Assembly (NCBI GenBank): GCA_951406725.2
Contig: OX597837.1
Span: 42,656,001 to 42,720,000 of the forward strand
Direction: 5' to 3'
Origin: Octopus vulgaris
Taxonomy: Eukaryota
Length of the DNA stretch: 64,000 nt
Shown: positions 37,794-51,225 of the stretch, in pieces
How the letters are laid out: each line of letters opens with the position of its first letter
How positions within the stretch are numbered: the stretch's first letter is position 1
Position numbers and translations under genes: made by a program
The notes under the pieces: model-generated
The model's database searches: none
The model's input: the letters and a program-made list of their open reading frames with translations, nothing else
Told to the model about the DNA's origin: nothing

Positions 37794-39485
37794 ATGGGCT
37801 TCTTTTCAGTTTCCATCTCACAAAGCAAAGACAGTCTCTGGAAGAAGGTTACCCCAATGGATCCAGGGAAAATGAAGCCCTCTGGCACTTTAGCTGTTCA
37901 TCAAAGAGAAGGTACTGCCATTCAAATTCTGTTTACTGATAACTACTGGGCAACTTATGACACTTGTTGCACCAGACCAATGTATGTATTAAGGACAAGA
38001 GAGTGGGACTAGCTCGGTAGAACCTGTACCCACTATAATGATATTCATCATGGAGGTTGCTCAGCAAACCAAGACACAAGCACCAACACCACCACACTTT
38101 CCTCAACTAAGAACACTGTATGGCTGCATCCTGCTGAAGCCGCCTTCATCGAAGCAACGAGAGAGTCCAAAATCAAAGACACCTCTATTAGTATGAAAAC
38201 GTGATGCATGAAGACAATAACTCTAGCTTGAGAAAGAGCTGTGTGCCGGCAGTGAAGGGTATCAATGAAAAAAATATATGAAAGAAATCATGCAAATAAG
38301 TGGTTATAGCAGATTTTGGAATGCAGAACCTTACAGAAACAATGACGGAAGACCAAGATGAATGGTAATATATTTTCTAGCAGACTTATCAAACCAAATC
38401 AGCAGAGAGAAAATTGATTTTATGATGATGATGTACATAAATCAGCTTGATCAGAGTTGAATAAATATATCGAATACTTTGCGCCATCCAAGAAGTGTTT
38501 TCACTATCGTTTCTTTTTCCAGATTGTTTATAATCTTTACTAATACTACTAACTACAATGGGCTGAATCAGTCTTAAAATCCATATTTTAAAAGAAGTTG
38601 TTAGGAAAATTTTTGTTCTTGGACATCTCAATGACCTTTTATAAAACTGAATTATTTGTGGCTATGTGGTAAGAAGTTTGCTTTGCAATCACATGGTTCC
38701 AGGTTCAGTCCCACTGCATGGCACCTTCTACTATAGCTTCTACTATAGCTTCAGGCCTAACAAAAGCCTTGTGAGTGGATTTGGTAGATGAAAACTAAAA
38801 GAAGCCCATTGTATGTGTGTGTATGCATATATATATATATTAGCTGAGTAACCATATACTCTCGTATTTATACAGTATAAATACATATATACATATATTT
38901 ATGTGCGTATGTTTTTGAGCCTATGTTTGTCCCCAACCACTGCTTGACAACCAGTGTTGGTGTGTTTACATTCCTGTAATTTAACAGTTCAGCAAAAGAA
39001 TCAAATAAATAGTACCAGACTTGGGGCCAATTCATTCAACAACAAAATCTTTATGGCAGTGCCCCAGCATGGCTACAATCTAATGACAAACAAGTTTAAA
39101 TAAAAAAAAAACTGGGAGTATCTAATTTCCATTTTTACGCAATTCCAAGAGATAATACAATAAATAAATAAAACTATCCATGAAATTCCATGGTTATTTT
39201 GAAAACTATAAGATTGTTGGAAGTTTATAAAAACAACATGCATGAAACACAATTTCTTTTGAAATAATTTGTTTCTGAAGTGTTTGATTCCTGAGATGAT
39301 GTAACATCCACATTTGTAGCAGAGAAGATGCCACCTTAAGAGAGAACATCTTTTGAAAACTATATTTTTTGTTACCCACTTGTCATCTCTTTTAACTTAA
39401 AAGTTGATATATATTATTTATTTTTCTCTATACAAGAAGAAAAACAACCTTAATTCTTGAATTAAATCTCAGGCATATATCCACT

Positions 39486-39776
39486 GTGGAGGCACATGGC
39501 CTAGTGGTTAGAGCAGCGGACTCGCGGTCGAGGGATCACGGGTTTGAATCTCAAACCGGGCGATGTGAGTGTTTATGAGCGAAACACCTAAGCCCCACGT
39601 GGCAGAAGGTAAAGGTGAACTTCTACTGCCTCTTTCGCTACAACTTTCTCTCACTCTTTCCTCCTGCATCTTGCAGCTCACCTGCAATGGACCAGCGTAA
39701 CATTCAGGTGGGGAACTTATATGCCAAGGAAACCGGCCCTATGAGCCAGGCAGCTCGAGAAGGAACAAACAACAAC
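39486..39776 (+). mobile_element. tRNA-head SINE family D with TSD
   Basis: GGAGGCACATGGCCTAGTGGTTAGAGCAGCGGACTCGC..; TSD CATATATCCACT on both sides. Confidence 0.9.
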
Positions 39777-40042
39777 ATATATCCACTACTTTAACCAAGT
39801 CTTAATTACAATATATTGCACCCTTGTTTACATATCAAGGGAAAGAGCATGTGGTAGGCTTGAACTCATTATCTCAGTACACAAAGTACAGTAGCTGTGC
39901 CACACACACACACATATATACTAATAACCTAGAGTAGAACTCAATATGCTTATGCTTCTGAATGAAGCATTGGTCAAGTACAGAGCAGTAATAAGGAAAA
40001 CAAGATGACAAAAGAATGAATGATTATCTGATGAACTTAATT

Positions 40043-40123
40043 AGCTTAAAACTGTTTCTGCTATAAGATGCAGTGAACTTATAGCTGAATGCCTAAGTAA
40101 CTGCTTACAGCTTCATCAGAGCC
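40043..40123 (-). ncRNA. Decayed hammerhead fold (long stem II)
   Basis: GGCU-CUGAUGA-A-GCUGUAAG..CUUAUAGC-A-GAAA-CAGUUU-UA-AGCU. Confidence 0.55.
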
Positions 40124-40185
40124 TCAAATATGAACTTATATATGTGTGTATGTGTGTGTATGTGTGTGTGTGTGTTGTCTCAGCT

Positions 40186-40497
40186 GGGTCATTATGCAAA
40201 TAATAAGCACACACACTGGTTCTGTTTCACTTCATCTATTATTAATAGCCAGTTAGTTAATATTTAACCAATTAACTAATCAATTGTTTGATTAATTATT
40301 CAGTCATTCAATCAATCAGCTTGGTCCGTCAAAGTCTTTTCATCACTCTTTGTCACCTCATCAATGACATGCCTCCCTACTCCAGCTCTTCTGGAATAAT
40401 TAAATTATCAATTGATTACATTTGAACTAATTGGCTAATAATAATAAATGAAGTAAAACAGAACCAGTGTATATATTTGTTATTGGCAAAATGACCC
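40186..40497. mobile_element. Long-TIR MITE
   Basis: GGGTCATTATGCAAATAA..ACACTGGTTCTGTTTCACTTCAT / ATGAAGTAAAACAGAACCAGTGT..TTATTGGCAAAATGACCC. Confidence 0.75.
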
Positions 40498-40608
40498 TAC
40501 ACAACTTCACATTATACATCTTGCAAACCAAATACCAAAACAATCACTTAAATTTGAAATATATATATACATGTATATATACATGAAATATATATATACA
40601 TGTACATA

Positions 40609-41010
40609 GATGCAGGAGTGGATGTGTGGTAAGTAGCTTGCTAACCAACCATATGGTTCCGGGATCAGTCCCACTGCGTGGCATCTTGGGCAAGTGTCTT
40701 CTGCTATAGCCCCGGGCCGACCAATGCCTTGTGAGTGGATTTGGTAGATGGAAACTGAAAGAAGCCCGTCGTATATATGTATATATATATGTGTGTGTGT
40801 GTGAGTGTTTGTGTGTCTGTGTTTGTCCCCCTAGCATTGCTTGACAACCGGTGCTGGTGTGTTTATGTCCCCGTCACTTAGCGGTTCGGCAAAAGAGACC
40901 AATAGAATAAGTACTAGGCTTACAAAGAATAAGTCCTGGGGTCGATTTGCTTGACTAAAGGTGGTGCTCTAGCATGGCCACAGTCAAATGACTGAAACAA
41001 GTAAAAGAGA
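40609..41010 (+). mobile_element. SINE family A, young copy
   Basis: Full head-to-tail match to the other young copies. Confidence 0.92.
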
Positions 41011-42180
41011 ATAAAAGAGAATGTATACATTAGTTAATTACCTTACAAATAAAATGCTGTATCTGTACTAGATTATGTCCTCAATGTCATTCCATAGTTA
41101 GTCAGTTGACACATAGATAATTCATATGGTACGCATATAACAGATTATGTCCATGATTTTGTTCCATAGCTAAACCATTACATACACAGACCATAGCAGA
41201 ATATTATAGATTCTTTTTTTAAAAAATAGAACAGCTTTTATACCTCACACCAAATAACAAAATACTGAGCCAGCAGTAAATACACATTTTGTTAAAAAAG
41301 TTTCAAATCAAAATTCTCATTGAATTATTAAACCTATTGATACCACAATCTTTTGTCCAAAAATGTAACAGTATTGCTCAATAAATCAATTCATAAACAA
41401 ACATAGCTAAGAAGGACACCTATTATTCCCTTATATCAACATATCAATACAGCTTTATGGTGTTGCAGCATTGAATTATTTCTAAACAAGCTCTTATGTT
41501 GCGAAAATCTAAGTTCTTGAAAACCAAGATGATAAAAGATATCTACTTTATTTTACAGTCTGTTGTGTGAGAAGGAAAACAAAAATGAATCCCTGTAGGG
41601 GAAAAACTATTGCGTAACTAAAAATGAAATATTTGGCCAAAGAAATTTAAATTATTTCAGTGCTGCTGGTGGCTGTGTGGTTAATAAGCTCATTTTGTAT
41701 CCACATGGTTTCAGGTTCAGTCCAACAGAGTGGCATCTTAGATAAAAGTCTTCTGTTTAAGTACCTGGTTGACCTATACCTTGTGAATAGATTTGATAGA
41801 CAGAAAGTGTGCATAAGAACAATGGGTGCATGTGTGTGTGTGTGTGTGTGTGTGTTTGTCCCCACCACTACCACCACCATGACACCCTGTGTTTGTTTGT
41901 TTATGTCACTGTAATGTAGCAGTTCACCAAAAGATACCAATAGAATAAGTACAAGACTTTAAAAAAAAATAGTATTAAGGTCAATTTGATTGACAAAAAT
42001 CCTTCAGAGTGGCACATAAGAATGACTGCAGTCTAACAACTGAAACAAGTAGAGGACAAAATATTCAATGAGAAATGAAAACCCATCGTTTTAGAGGCCC
42101 TATATATTTCTTTATTGCCTACAGGGGGCTAAACATAGAGAAGACAAACAAGGACAGACAAAGGTTCAAAATTTCCCCAA

Positions 42181-42226
42181 GACACCTGATGAAGGCTGGA
42201 GGGTATATCAGCTGAAACGTTGTGTT
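42181..42226 (+). ncRNA. Minimal type I hammerhead in a 136-bp insert (42165-42300)
   Basis: GACAC-CUGAUGA-A-GGCUG-loop-CAGCU-GAAA-CG-UU-GUGUU; stem III region AACGUU is palindromic. Confidence 0.75.
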
Positions 42227-42394
42227 AACAACAAACAAGATGAGGACAAATATCTGTCAAATGTAAATAATGTAAATAATTCCTCATCTCTTAAATATAG
42301 AAAGGGATTAAATTCATTAAAAGATAAACAAAATATACCAAATATGCTTTAACTTATGTTTTTTGTTCTTATTTTTTTTGATTTAGCTCCAACT

Positions 42395-42918
42395 CAGCCA
42401 GTACAGGATTCAAGCCGCTTCTCCTTATCTCCTCAAAGACATACAGCATCTCAAAAGAGTCCAGAAGCTGGCTACCCGCATGGTTCTTGGTCTCAAGAAT
42501 TTGTCTTATGAAGAAAGGCTGAAGACGCTCGACCTTTATTCTCTAGAAAAACGACGACACCGTGGTGATCTCATTCTTGCTCACAACATCATAAGCGGAA
42601 AGTGTAACCTCTCAAAAGAGCTGTTCTTCACTCCTGCTCCAGAGCGTCGATTGTGGGGTCATTCCGAAAAGCTCTATCTGCGACGATTTCATCTCAATCG
42701 AAGGAGAGGGGCTTTCTCCGTCCGGGTTGCGGATCCGTGGAATAAGCTGCCGGACGAGATGGTGAAGATGCCGACGACCGCTCAGTTCAAAGTCTCCCTT
42801 GACCAGAAGTGGCCTGAACTCTTTACATGAACACCAACCTGTACATAACTCCATGTCCCCCTACATGGCCTTGCTTTTTTGCTTTTTGAGCAAAAAAATT
42901 AACTAACTAACTAACTAA
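42395..42918 (+). mobile_element. 5'-truncated CR1-clade LINE with (AACT)n tail
   Basis: GIQAASPYLLKDIQHLKRVQKLATRMVLGLKNLSYEERLKTLDLYSLEKRR..FSVRVADPWNKLP; same family as the 20458 copy. Confidence 0.93.
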
Positions 42919-44235
42919 GAAGGAACCTATGATCAAAGGTTTTCCAATTATGAACCATTATGATTGGGTTTCCTTTTTACCTTTAATCATAACATATTAT
43001 GTCATGTAAATGGTACCTGTGAAATCCTTGCTGGTAGAATGATCTTCGAATGTTGGGCCTCATAGAGGTGATGACATGTGACTGAGACCTTTGGTGATAT
43101 GCTGTGCTTGAGAGAACTTGTCAAATCAGGCGAAACTCTAGTCGTGGCCATTGCCAATGTCATATAAATGGCGCCCATGCCAGTGGCACGTAAAAGTCAC
43201 CCATTACACTCTTGGAGTGGTTGGTGCTAGGAAGAGCATCCAGCTATAGAAACCATGCCAAATCAGACTGGAAGTTGGTAATGCTCTCCGGCTTACTAAT
43301 TACAGTCAAACCATCTAATCCATGCCAGCATGGAAAGCGGACGTTAAGTGATGATGATGATGAAGAATGAGATTCAAAGATGACTTTGTAGCTATTTCTT
43401 GTAGGCAAGTAAGTAACCAGCGTAGACGTCTCATTGGCTTGACATTCTAAGATTTGAATTAAAAGACATTAGGCACTAAATTAAATACCATAAAACCGCT
43501 TCTCTGTCTATATAAAACTCTACAAAATGACAAACTTAATAACAGCGGTGTTTGTAAAAGGTTCTAACTAATAAAGTACTGTTAGTTACAAGTCATAATT
43601 TTACTGTTACATTACACAAATGACAATGAACTAAAACAAAATTTACAAGTTAATAGCATTTATAACGGTCTTTTAGTTTTCTTTTATTCTCATCAGCAAT
43701 AATACCACCATATAATTAACTTTTCCTATTCATATATTTCCCCAACAAGCACAAGCTTGTCATTTTGTATAACCATTTGTAAATGTTGAATCTACAAGAT
43801 GAAAGAATGTTAGAATCTAAAATTGCGTACGATACTACAGCAAAAATTGGCTGATTCCTTAAGTTTTTAGTCTTCTGAAATAGAAACTATCTTTTTATTT
43901 CATTTTTGTATTCGGTTCACATGATTCTTGATGAGAACTCATGTATTGAAACAGATTTTGTTGTATCCCCCAGAGGGTTATTTTGCCAAAATTAAACACA
44001 CGCACAAGCTGAAATTCATTTCTTTCGTTACTATTAGTCAATTCGTTAAAATTGGTTAAAACCAATTAACTGAAGTTTTAGTGAAATAAAAACTTAAAAT
44101 GAATGAATGCTGGAGAGAATGGAGATACCAAGGGACACCTTCTGCATGAAATATCCATTTTCAAAACCACAATTTTTAGCAGTATCCATGATGGCCACAA
44201 TACTTTACCTATAGTAAACAGGGTATCTTGTTGGT

Positions 44236-44560
44236 GTGAGGGCACGTGGCTTAGTGGTTAGGGCATTCGGCTCATGATCGTAAGGTTGTGAGTTCGATTC
44301 CCGGCGACGCGTTGTGTCCTTGAGCAAGACACTTTATTTCACGTTGCTCCAGTCCACTCAGCTGGCAAAAATGAGTTGTACTTGTATTTCAAAGGGTCAG
44401 CCTTGTCACTCTCTGTGTCACTGATTATCCCCGAGAACTACGTTAAGGGTACACATGTCTGTGGAATGCTCAGCCATTTGCACGTTAATTTCACGAGCAA
44501 GCTGTTCCGTTGATCGTATCAGCTGGGACCCTCGTCGTCGTAACCGGCGGAGTCTTTTTA
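44236..44560 (+). mobile_element. tRNA-head SINE family E with TSD
   Basis: GGCACGTGGCTTAGTGGTTAGG..GAGTTCGATTCCC (A/B boxes); TSD ATCTTGTTGGT. Confidence 0.9.
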
Positions 44561-45397
44561 ATCTTGTTGGTAATGAGTTAAACATTTCAGCTACCGCTGC
44601 TACTGCTGTTGTCTATACATTGTGATGGCTACTTATAATGTAATTAATTTAACTAGGAATCCTCCTGTTAATGAGTTCACCGACTCAAGAAGCCGTCATA
44701 GCTTAGAGGCAACAATATATACTAGCAGCTGTAAATCTTTCTGTTATCATCAAGTCAAAGTGTAATAAAGAGACAAAAAGTCTATAAAAGAAATATAGAC
44801 AAGGTTTTCACCAATGGATGTTCAAATTAATTGCCAGAGCCAAAACAGTAGAATGTAGCTCATGTTTATGACTTGACAACAGTCTCTTTGCTTTTTGAGC
44901 AGAGAAAATGGAAAATACATAGTTTATACATAAACCATCTTTCATCTTTCACTTGTTTCTTCATTGCTCTGTGGCCATGCTGGGGCACTGCTTTGAAGGT
45001 ATGTATAGTTGAACAAATTAACAGGAGCATTTATTTTTTTAAACCTGGTACTTATTCTTCTACCAGTATCTTTTGCCAAACCACTAGGTCACAGGGGTGT
45101 AAACAAACCAACACTGAATGTCAAGCAGCTGTGGGGGACAAACACAACACAAACACACACAAAGACACATATCAGCTTCCATCTACCAAATCTATTCACA
45201 AGGCTTCGGTCAGCTCAGGGCTATGGTAGAAGGCACTTGCCCAAGAAGCCTTGCAGCAGGAATAAATCTCATACCACATGATCAGGAAGCAAACTTCTTA
45301 ACCCCACAGCCATGGCTACACTAAGTAGAAAATTTAACTGAAGAATTTAAAACGTACCACTCATAAATAGACTAACAGAAACTTTTTATTAACTTAT

Positions 45398-45830
45398 CAT
45401 CATCATCATCAATTAACATCTGTTTTCCATGCTGGCATGGGTTGGACGGTTTACCGGAGGTCTGGAGGGCCAGTGGCTGCACCAGGCTCCAATCTGGTCT
45501 GGCAGAGTTTCTACAGCTGGATGCCCTTCCAAACGCCAACCACTCCAAGAGTGTAGTAGGTGCTTTTTACATGCCACCGGCACAGGAGCCAGTAAGGTGG
45601 GCCTGGCAATGATCACATTCGGATGGTGCTTTTTACATGCCACCGGCACAGGAGCCAGTAAGGTGGGCCTGGCAATTATCACATTTGGATGGTGCTTTTT
45701 ACATGCCACTGGCACAGGAGCCAGTAAGGCGGGCCTGGCAATGATCACATTGCGGATGGTGCTTTTTACGTGTCACCGGCACAGGAGCCAGTAAGGCAGG
45801 CCTGGCAATGATCCTATTCAGATAGTGCTC
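45398..45830 (-). mobile_element. SINE family C with ~63-bp internal tandem units
   Basis: Four repeats of TGCCACCGGCACAGGAGCCAGTAAGG(T/C)GGGCCTGGCAATGATCACATTCGGATGGTGCTTTTTAC. Confidence 0.9.
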
Positions 45831-46169
45831 ATTTCAAAATTTAATAGTATATAGGTGCAGGGATGGCTGTGTGGTTAAGAAGCTTTACTTACAACGATGT
45901 GGTGTCAGGTTCAGTCCCACTGCACAGCACTTTGGGCAAGTATCTACTATATCCTTGGACTGACCAATATTTGTGAGTAAGTTTGGTAGACAGAAATTGT
46001 GTGGAAACCCATCATGTGTGTGTGTGTGTGTGTGCATGTTCCCCACCCCCATTACTTGACTACTGGTGTTAGTTTGTTTACATCTCTATAACTTAGCAGT
46101 ACTGGGGTAGATTTGTTCAACTAAAACTCTTCAAGAAAGTGCTCCAGTATGGCTGCAGTGCAACAACTT

Positions 46170-46198
46170 GCAAACCTTGTGCCAAAATTTGAAACCAC

Positions 46199-46237
<39 letters not shown>

Positions 46238-46985
46238 GATAGCAAGCTAACAAAAATGTTAGCACAGTGGACAAGATGATAGCAGAATATCTTCTGGCCC
46301 TTTATGATCTGCATTTAAATGCCACCAAGATAAACCCTGCCTTTCATCCTTTTTGGGATTGAGAAACAAAAAACAAAAAAACATCAGTAAGTGCTGAGAT
46401 TGATGTAATCAACTAGCTCCCTCCCTGGCTAAATTCCAGGCTTGGCACCAAAAATCTAAAACAGCTGCTGCTGCTGCTATTATTATTATTATTATTATTA
46501 TTATTAAGGCGGCGAACTGGCAGAAACTTTAGCATGCCGGGCGAAATGCGTAGCCGTATTTCGTCTGCCGTTATGTTCTGGGTTCAAATTCCGCCAAGGT
46601 CGACTTTGCCTTTCATCCTTTCGGAGTCGATAAATTAAGTACCAATTACACGCTGGGGTTGATGTAATCGACTTAATCCGTTTGTCTGTCCCCTCTGTGT
46701 TTAGCCTCTTGTGGGTAGTAAAGAAATATATTATTATTATTATTATTATTATTACTACTACTACTATTATGAGTGAGGTGGTGAGCTGGCAGAATCGTTA
46801 GCATGCTGGATGAAACAGTCAGCAGTATTTCACCCGTTGCTACACACTGAGTTTAAATTCCTTGGGGTCGATAAATTAAGTACCAGTCAAGTACTGGGGT
46901 TGATGTGATCAACTTACCTCCTCCTCACAAATTTCAGACCTTGTACCAATAGTAGAAAGGATTATTATTATTATTATTATTATTA
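46170..46985 (+). mobile_element. Stack of three SINE family B copies separated by (TTA)n
   Basis: Copies at ~46237-46460, 46507-46728 and 46776-46962. Confidence 0.85.
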
Positions 46986-47109
46986 CTACAACTTCCTTAA
47001 TAATTATTAACTATGTAATTTCTATAATTATCTGAAAGTTTTCTTATCAATTCCGGTTCAACTGTTATTTTCTCAGATAGTATAAATAACAAACATTAAC
47101 ATATATATT

Positions 47110-47144
<35 letters not shown>

Positions 47145-47594
47145 CCTGGTAAAATATTTTTTAAAAGAAAGGAAAAACAAGTTCCCAGGGAAATAAATTT
47201 GGTTGTTTAGCCTAGATCAGTCCTGACCTTGTAAACTTATGATGAAATGCATTCCAGTCATGACTATCCCTTCATTTTCCCAGACAAAGTATCAATGACT
47301 ACATTATCAACAGTGTCCCATTTTTAATGGAGGTAGGTGATTAGAAGGAAAATCTGGTTGTTATTTTTAGCAGGGTGAACAATCAGATAGAGGCTCTCTT
47401 GTTGACTCATTTCAAAAGTTAATAGTATATAGGTGCAGAGATGGCTGTGTGGTTAAGAAGCTTTATTTACAACCATGTGGTCTCAGGTTCAGTCCCACTG
47501 CACAGCACTTTGGGTAAGTATCTTCTATAATAGCCTTAGGATGACCAATACTTCTGAGTTTAGTAAACAAAAAATGTGAGGAAACCCATCATAC

Positions 47595-47626
<32 letters not shown>

Positions 47627-49971
47627 ACCCTGCCACCACTTGGCCACCGGTGTTGGTTTGTTTACATCTCTATAACTTAGCAGAACTGGGGTAGATTTGT
47701 TCAACTAAAACTTTTTAAGGCAGTGCTCCAGTATGACCGCAGTGCAACAACTGAGACAAGTGGAAGATAAGAGATATATACAGAGCTTGATTAAATTGAT
47801 TATAAGCCACCCTTGTACCACCCCACCCTCTCTCCAAAAAGTGTCAGCATATAATGCGATAAATTTTTTTTTTAAATAAATCAATATTTGTAAAGTTAAT
47901 AAGAGATTTTGTCTAGATGATAATTCTATAGTTTAGCACTGATATTGTTTTCCAATTAGCAAAGCGCCACCTGTGGTTGTCTACTATTTTCAATTTTACT
48001 ACTTCTTAAGAATATGAATGGAACACACATACACACACACACAGACTACATTTACAAATATTTTTTTTTTATATGCATGATGAAAATTGGTGTTTATAGT
48101 GTGAAAAGTTTTACTAAATATGTACACAGATGCAGGTATGGCTGTGTGATAAGAAGTTTGTTTCCCAACCACATGGTTACAGGTTCAGTCCCACTGCATG
48201 ACACCTTGGGGAAGTGTCTTCTGCTATAATCTGTGACAACTTAACTAGAGATATTGTATGCCTACAGGTGCAGCTGAGAGTAGCAAGAGACTGACTTGAC
48301 CAAATATGTATGTCCTGTGCCCACATTTGCATATATATATATATATATATATACGTATCAATGTATATATCGATGGAGTGGTTGGCATTAGGAAGGGCAT
48401 CCAGCTGTAGAAACATTACCAGATAAGACTGGAGCCTGGTGCAGCCTTCTGGCTTCCCAGATCCCCGGTCGAACCGTCCAACCCATGCTAGCATGGAGAA
48501 CGGACGTTAAACGATGATGATGATGATGATGATGATGATGTATGTACATATATGTATGTATATATGTATGTATATATGTATGTATATATGCATGTATATA
48601 TATATATATATTATTTATATTATTATATGATTGAATGCCACACATCCTCTTCCAAGTAAGTTTTATCTATCTATCTACCTATATATACATACACACACAA
48701 GCTTCTACAGTGTCTGTCTACCAAATTCACTTACAACACATTAGTCAGCCCAGGTTACAAAGTGAGCTTCTTACCCACAAACCCATGCCTGCACATAAAA
48801 AAAGTCTTTTTAAGCAATTTTCCTTGCAGCATTCTAAATTTTATGAACATTATATTTATATCGTACAATAAGAGTTAAGATTTAGATAGGATTTTAATGA
48901 AGATTTAAATAACTAAGATCATATCTAAGAATAAAATTTAGCTTAATGTCTGTATTATTAGAAAGTGTCACAAAATTGTTAAAAAACTGCTTATATTTCC
49001 AGCACGTGAACAATTTGAGACACTTTGATTATACAATAAAGAATTATTTCCAGTTTAGGCACAAGGTCAGCAATTTTAGTGGGAGGTGAGAAGTTGACAA
49101 CATTGGTGACCTCATGTTGAAGACAGCCAAAACCAGTGCTATGAAGCATGTTTTTTTTTTCCAATGCTCTAATGATTCTATAATTCCATAAATAAAAGCT
49201 GTTATGCTTGAAAGAACTTCACAGAAAATAGTAAAATATAATTAAAACCCATTAGTCATAGAGTAGCCTGAAGAGCAGGTTTCCCATTTTTGTTCATGTG
49301 TGTGAGTGTGTGTGTGTATGCATACACATGTACATGTGTATATTTACAGGCTGCATGGTTAAGAAGCTTCCTAACCACATGGTTTTGAGTTCAGTCTCAC
49401 TGCAAGGTACTTCAGGCAAGCATTGGCTACAAGTGGAGTCTAAAAAGAAAGCATCTAGATAGCTCTGGCTACAAAGGGATAAAGTGGCAAGGTCAGTAGA
49501 ATGCCATTTAGATACATAATACAGGCCAATACCTGACCAACTATAGATAGGTCACTGAGATGACAGTGTATGTTTGAAGATTTTAAACACCCCCAATTAT
49601 TCCAGTATACAACAGTGATGATGTGTCTAGGTATTGCAATGGTAGGTGTGTATATAACAAAACCTAGCTATTATTGTAAGATGAGAAATTAGAGTGAAAG
49701 ATGATTATCTACCGCAACAACAAGATAGTTTGATGGTAGAGAGAAAAAAAATTAATCAAGTTAATCAAATTAGAAATGCTAAGATATCAATCAGTTTTAA
49801 TTAAGATGTATTATTATGATAAACTTGTATCAGATTGTTTGAATATGGGAATGTTGTACCTCTATGTTATTCTTTTACACATTTCAACTATTGGAGTGTG
49901 GCCATGCTGGGGCACCACTTTGAAGAGTTTCATACCCATTATCTTAAGCCAGGTATGTATTCTACAAGTCT

Positions 49972-50308
49972 CTTAGAGGCAGGAAATGAACCTCAAAATA
50001 ATACAAGTACCACACAGATTATAGCAGGGAGGTGTACTTCCACGCAGTACTTACTCATTTTTTATCCAAACAGAATACAAGTTTCCCATGGCTTAGAGGC
50101 AGGAAATGAACCTCAAAATAATACAAGTACCACACAGATTATAGCAAGGAGGTGTACTTCCACACAGTACTTATTCATTTTTTATCCAAACAGAATACAA
50201 GTTTCCCATGGCTTAGAGGCAGGAAATGAACCTCAAAATAATACAAGTACCACACAGATTATAGCAAGGAGGTGTACTTCCACACAGTACTTACTCATTT
50301 TTTTATCC
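49972..50308. repeat. Near-identical 120-bp tandem repeat, ~2.8 copies
   Basis: CTTAGAGGCAGGAAATGAACCTC.. recurs at 49972, 50092 and 50212. Confidence 0.95.
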
Positions 50309-51074
50309 CAACAGTATCTGTCTATGGCCATAAGACTGTCAACACTATCAGGCAATAGGACTATCTGGTAATCTGACTAACAGACCAGTGTTGAGAGGTG
50401 GCTATTTGTGTAACTATTTAGCAAGCTTTAGCAAGCATAGCTATATCGGCAAAACCCGAACAATAGTGGCTATATTAATAAACATTTTTTTGACTCACGG
50501 TGAAAAAATATTATCTTATGGAAAGTGAAAAACAGATTATTGTTTCAACCTTAAAATTAAGATTCAATAGATTTTACCATGCGTTAAATGTGTTGACATA
50601 ATTTATTTGGCATGAATCATTTGTATTTAATAAGAATGATGATGATGATGACTATAACTGTCCAATGAAACATTACAGAACAACAAAACAACAACAATAT
50701 TTTATTTCCTGTTTCAGCCAGAAGTATGCATACATACACATTATGTATGGGTACAAGTGTATGTATATATATATATATGCATACACACACATACATATAT
50801 GCATACACATACATACATATATGCATACACACTATATATATATATATACATATATACACACACACACTATATATATATATACATATATACACACACACAC
50901 TATATATATATATATATATATATACATACACACACACATATATACATATATATACACACACATATATATACATATACACACACACATATATATATACACA
51001 CACACACATATATATACATACACACACACATATATATACATACATACACACACATATATATATACATACACACA

Positions 51075-51118
<44 letters not shown>

Positions 51119-51225
51119 CACACACACACACATATATATATATACATACACACACACACATATATATATACACACACACACACACACATATATATACATA
51201 CACACCATATTAAGCTAAAGCTCTG

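Noticed and set aside
43925-43970. TTGATGAG..GAAACAG in a PLE-like AT-rich stretch
   Set aside because: The core and stems are too degenerate to call.
44236-44305. tRNA-like sequence (also at 39486 and 56891)
   Set aside because: These are SINE heads continuing into repeat bodies with TSDs, not stand-alone tRNA genes.
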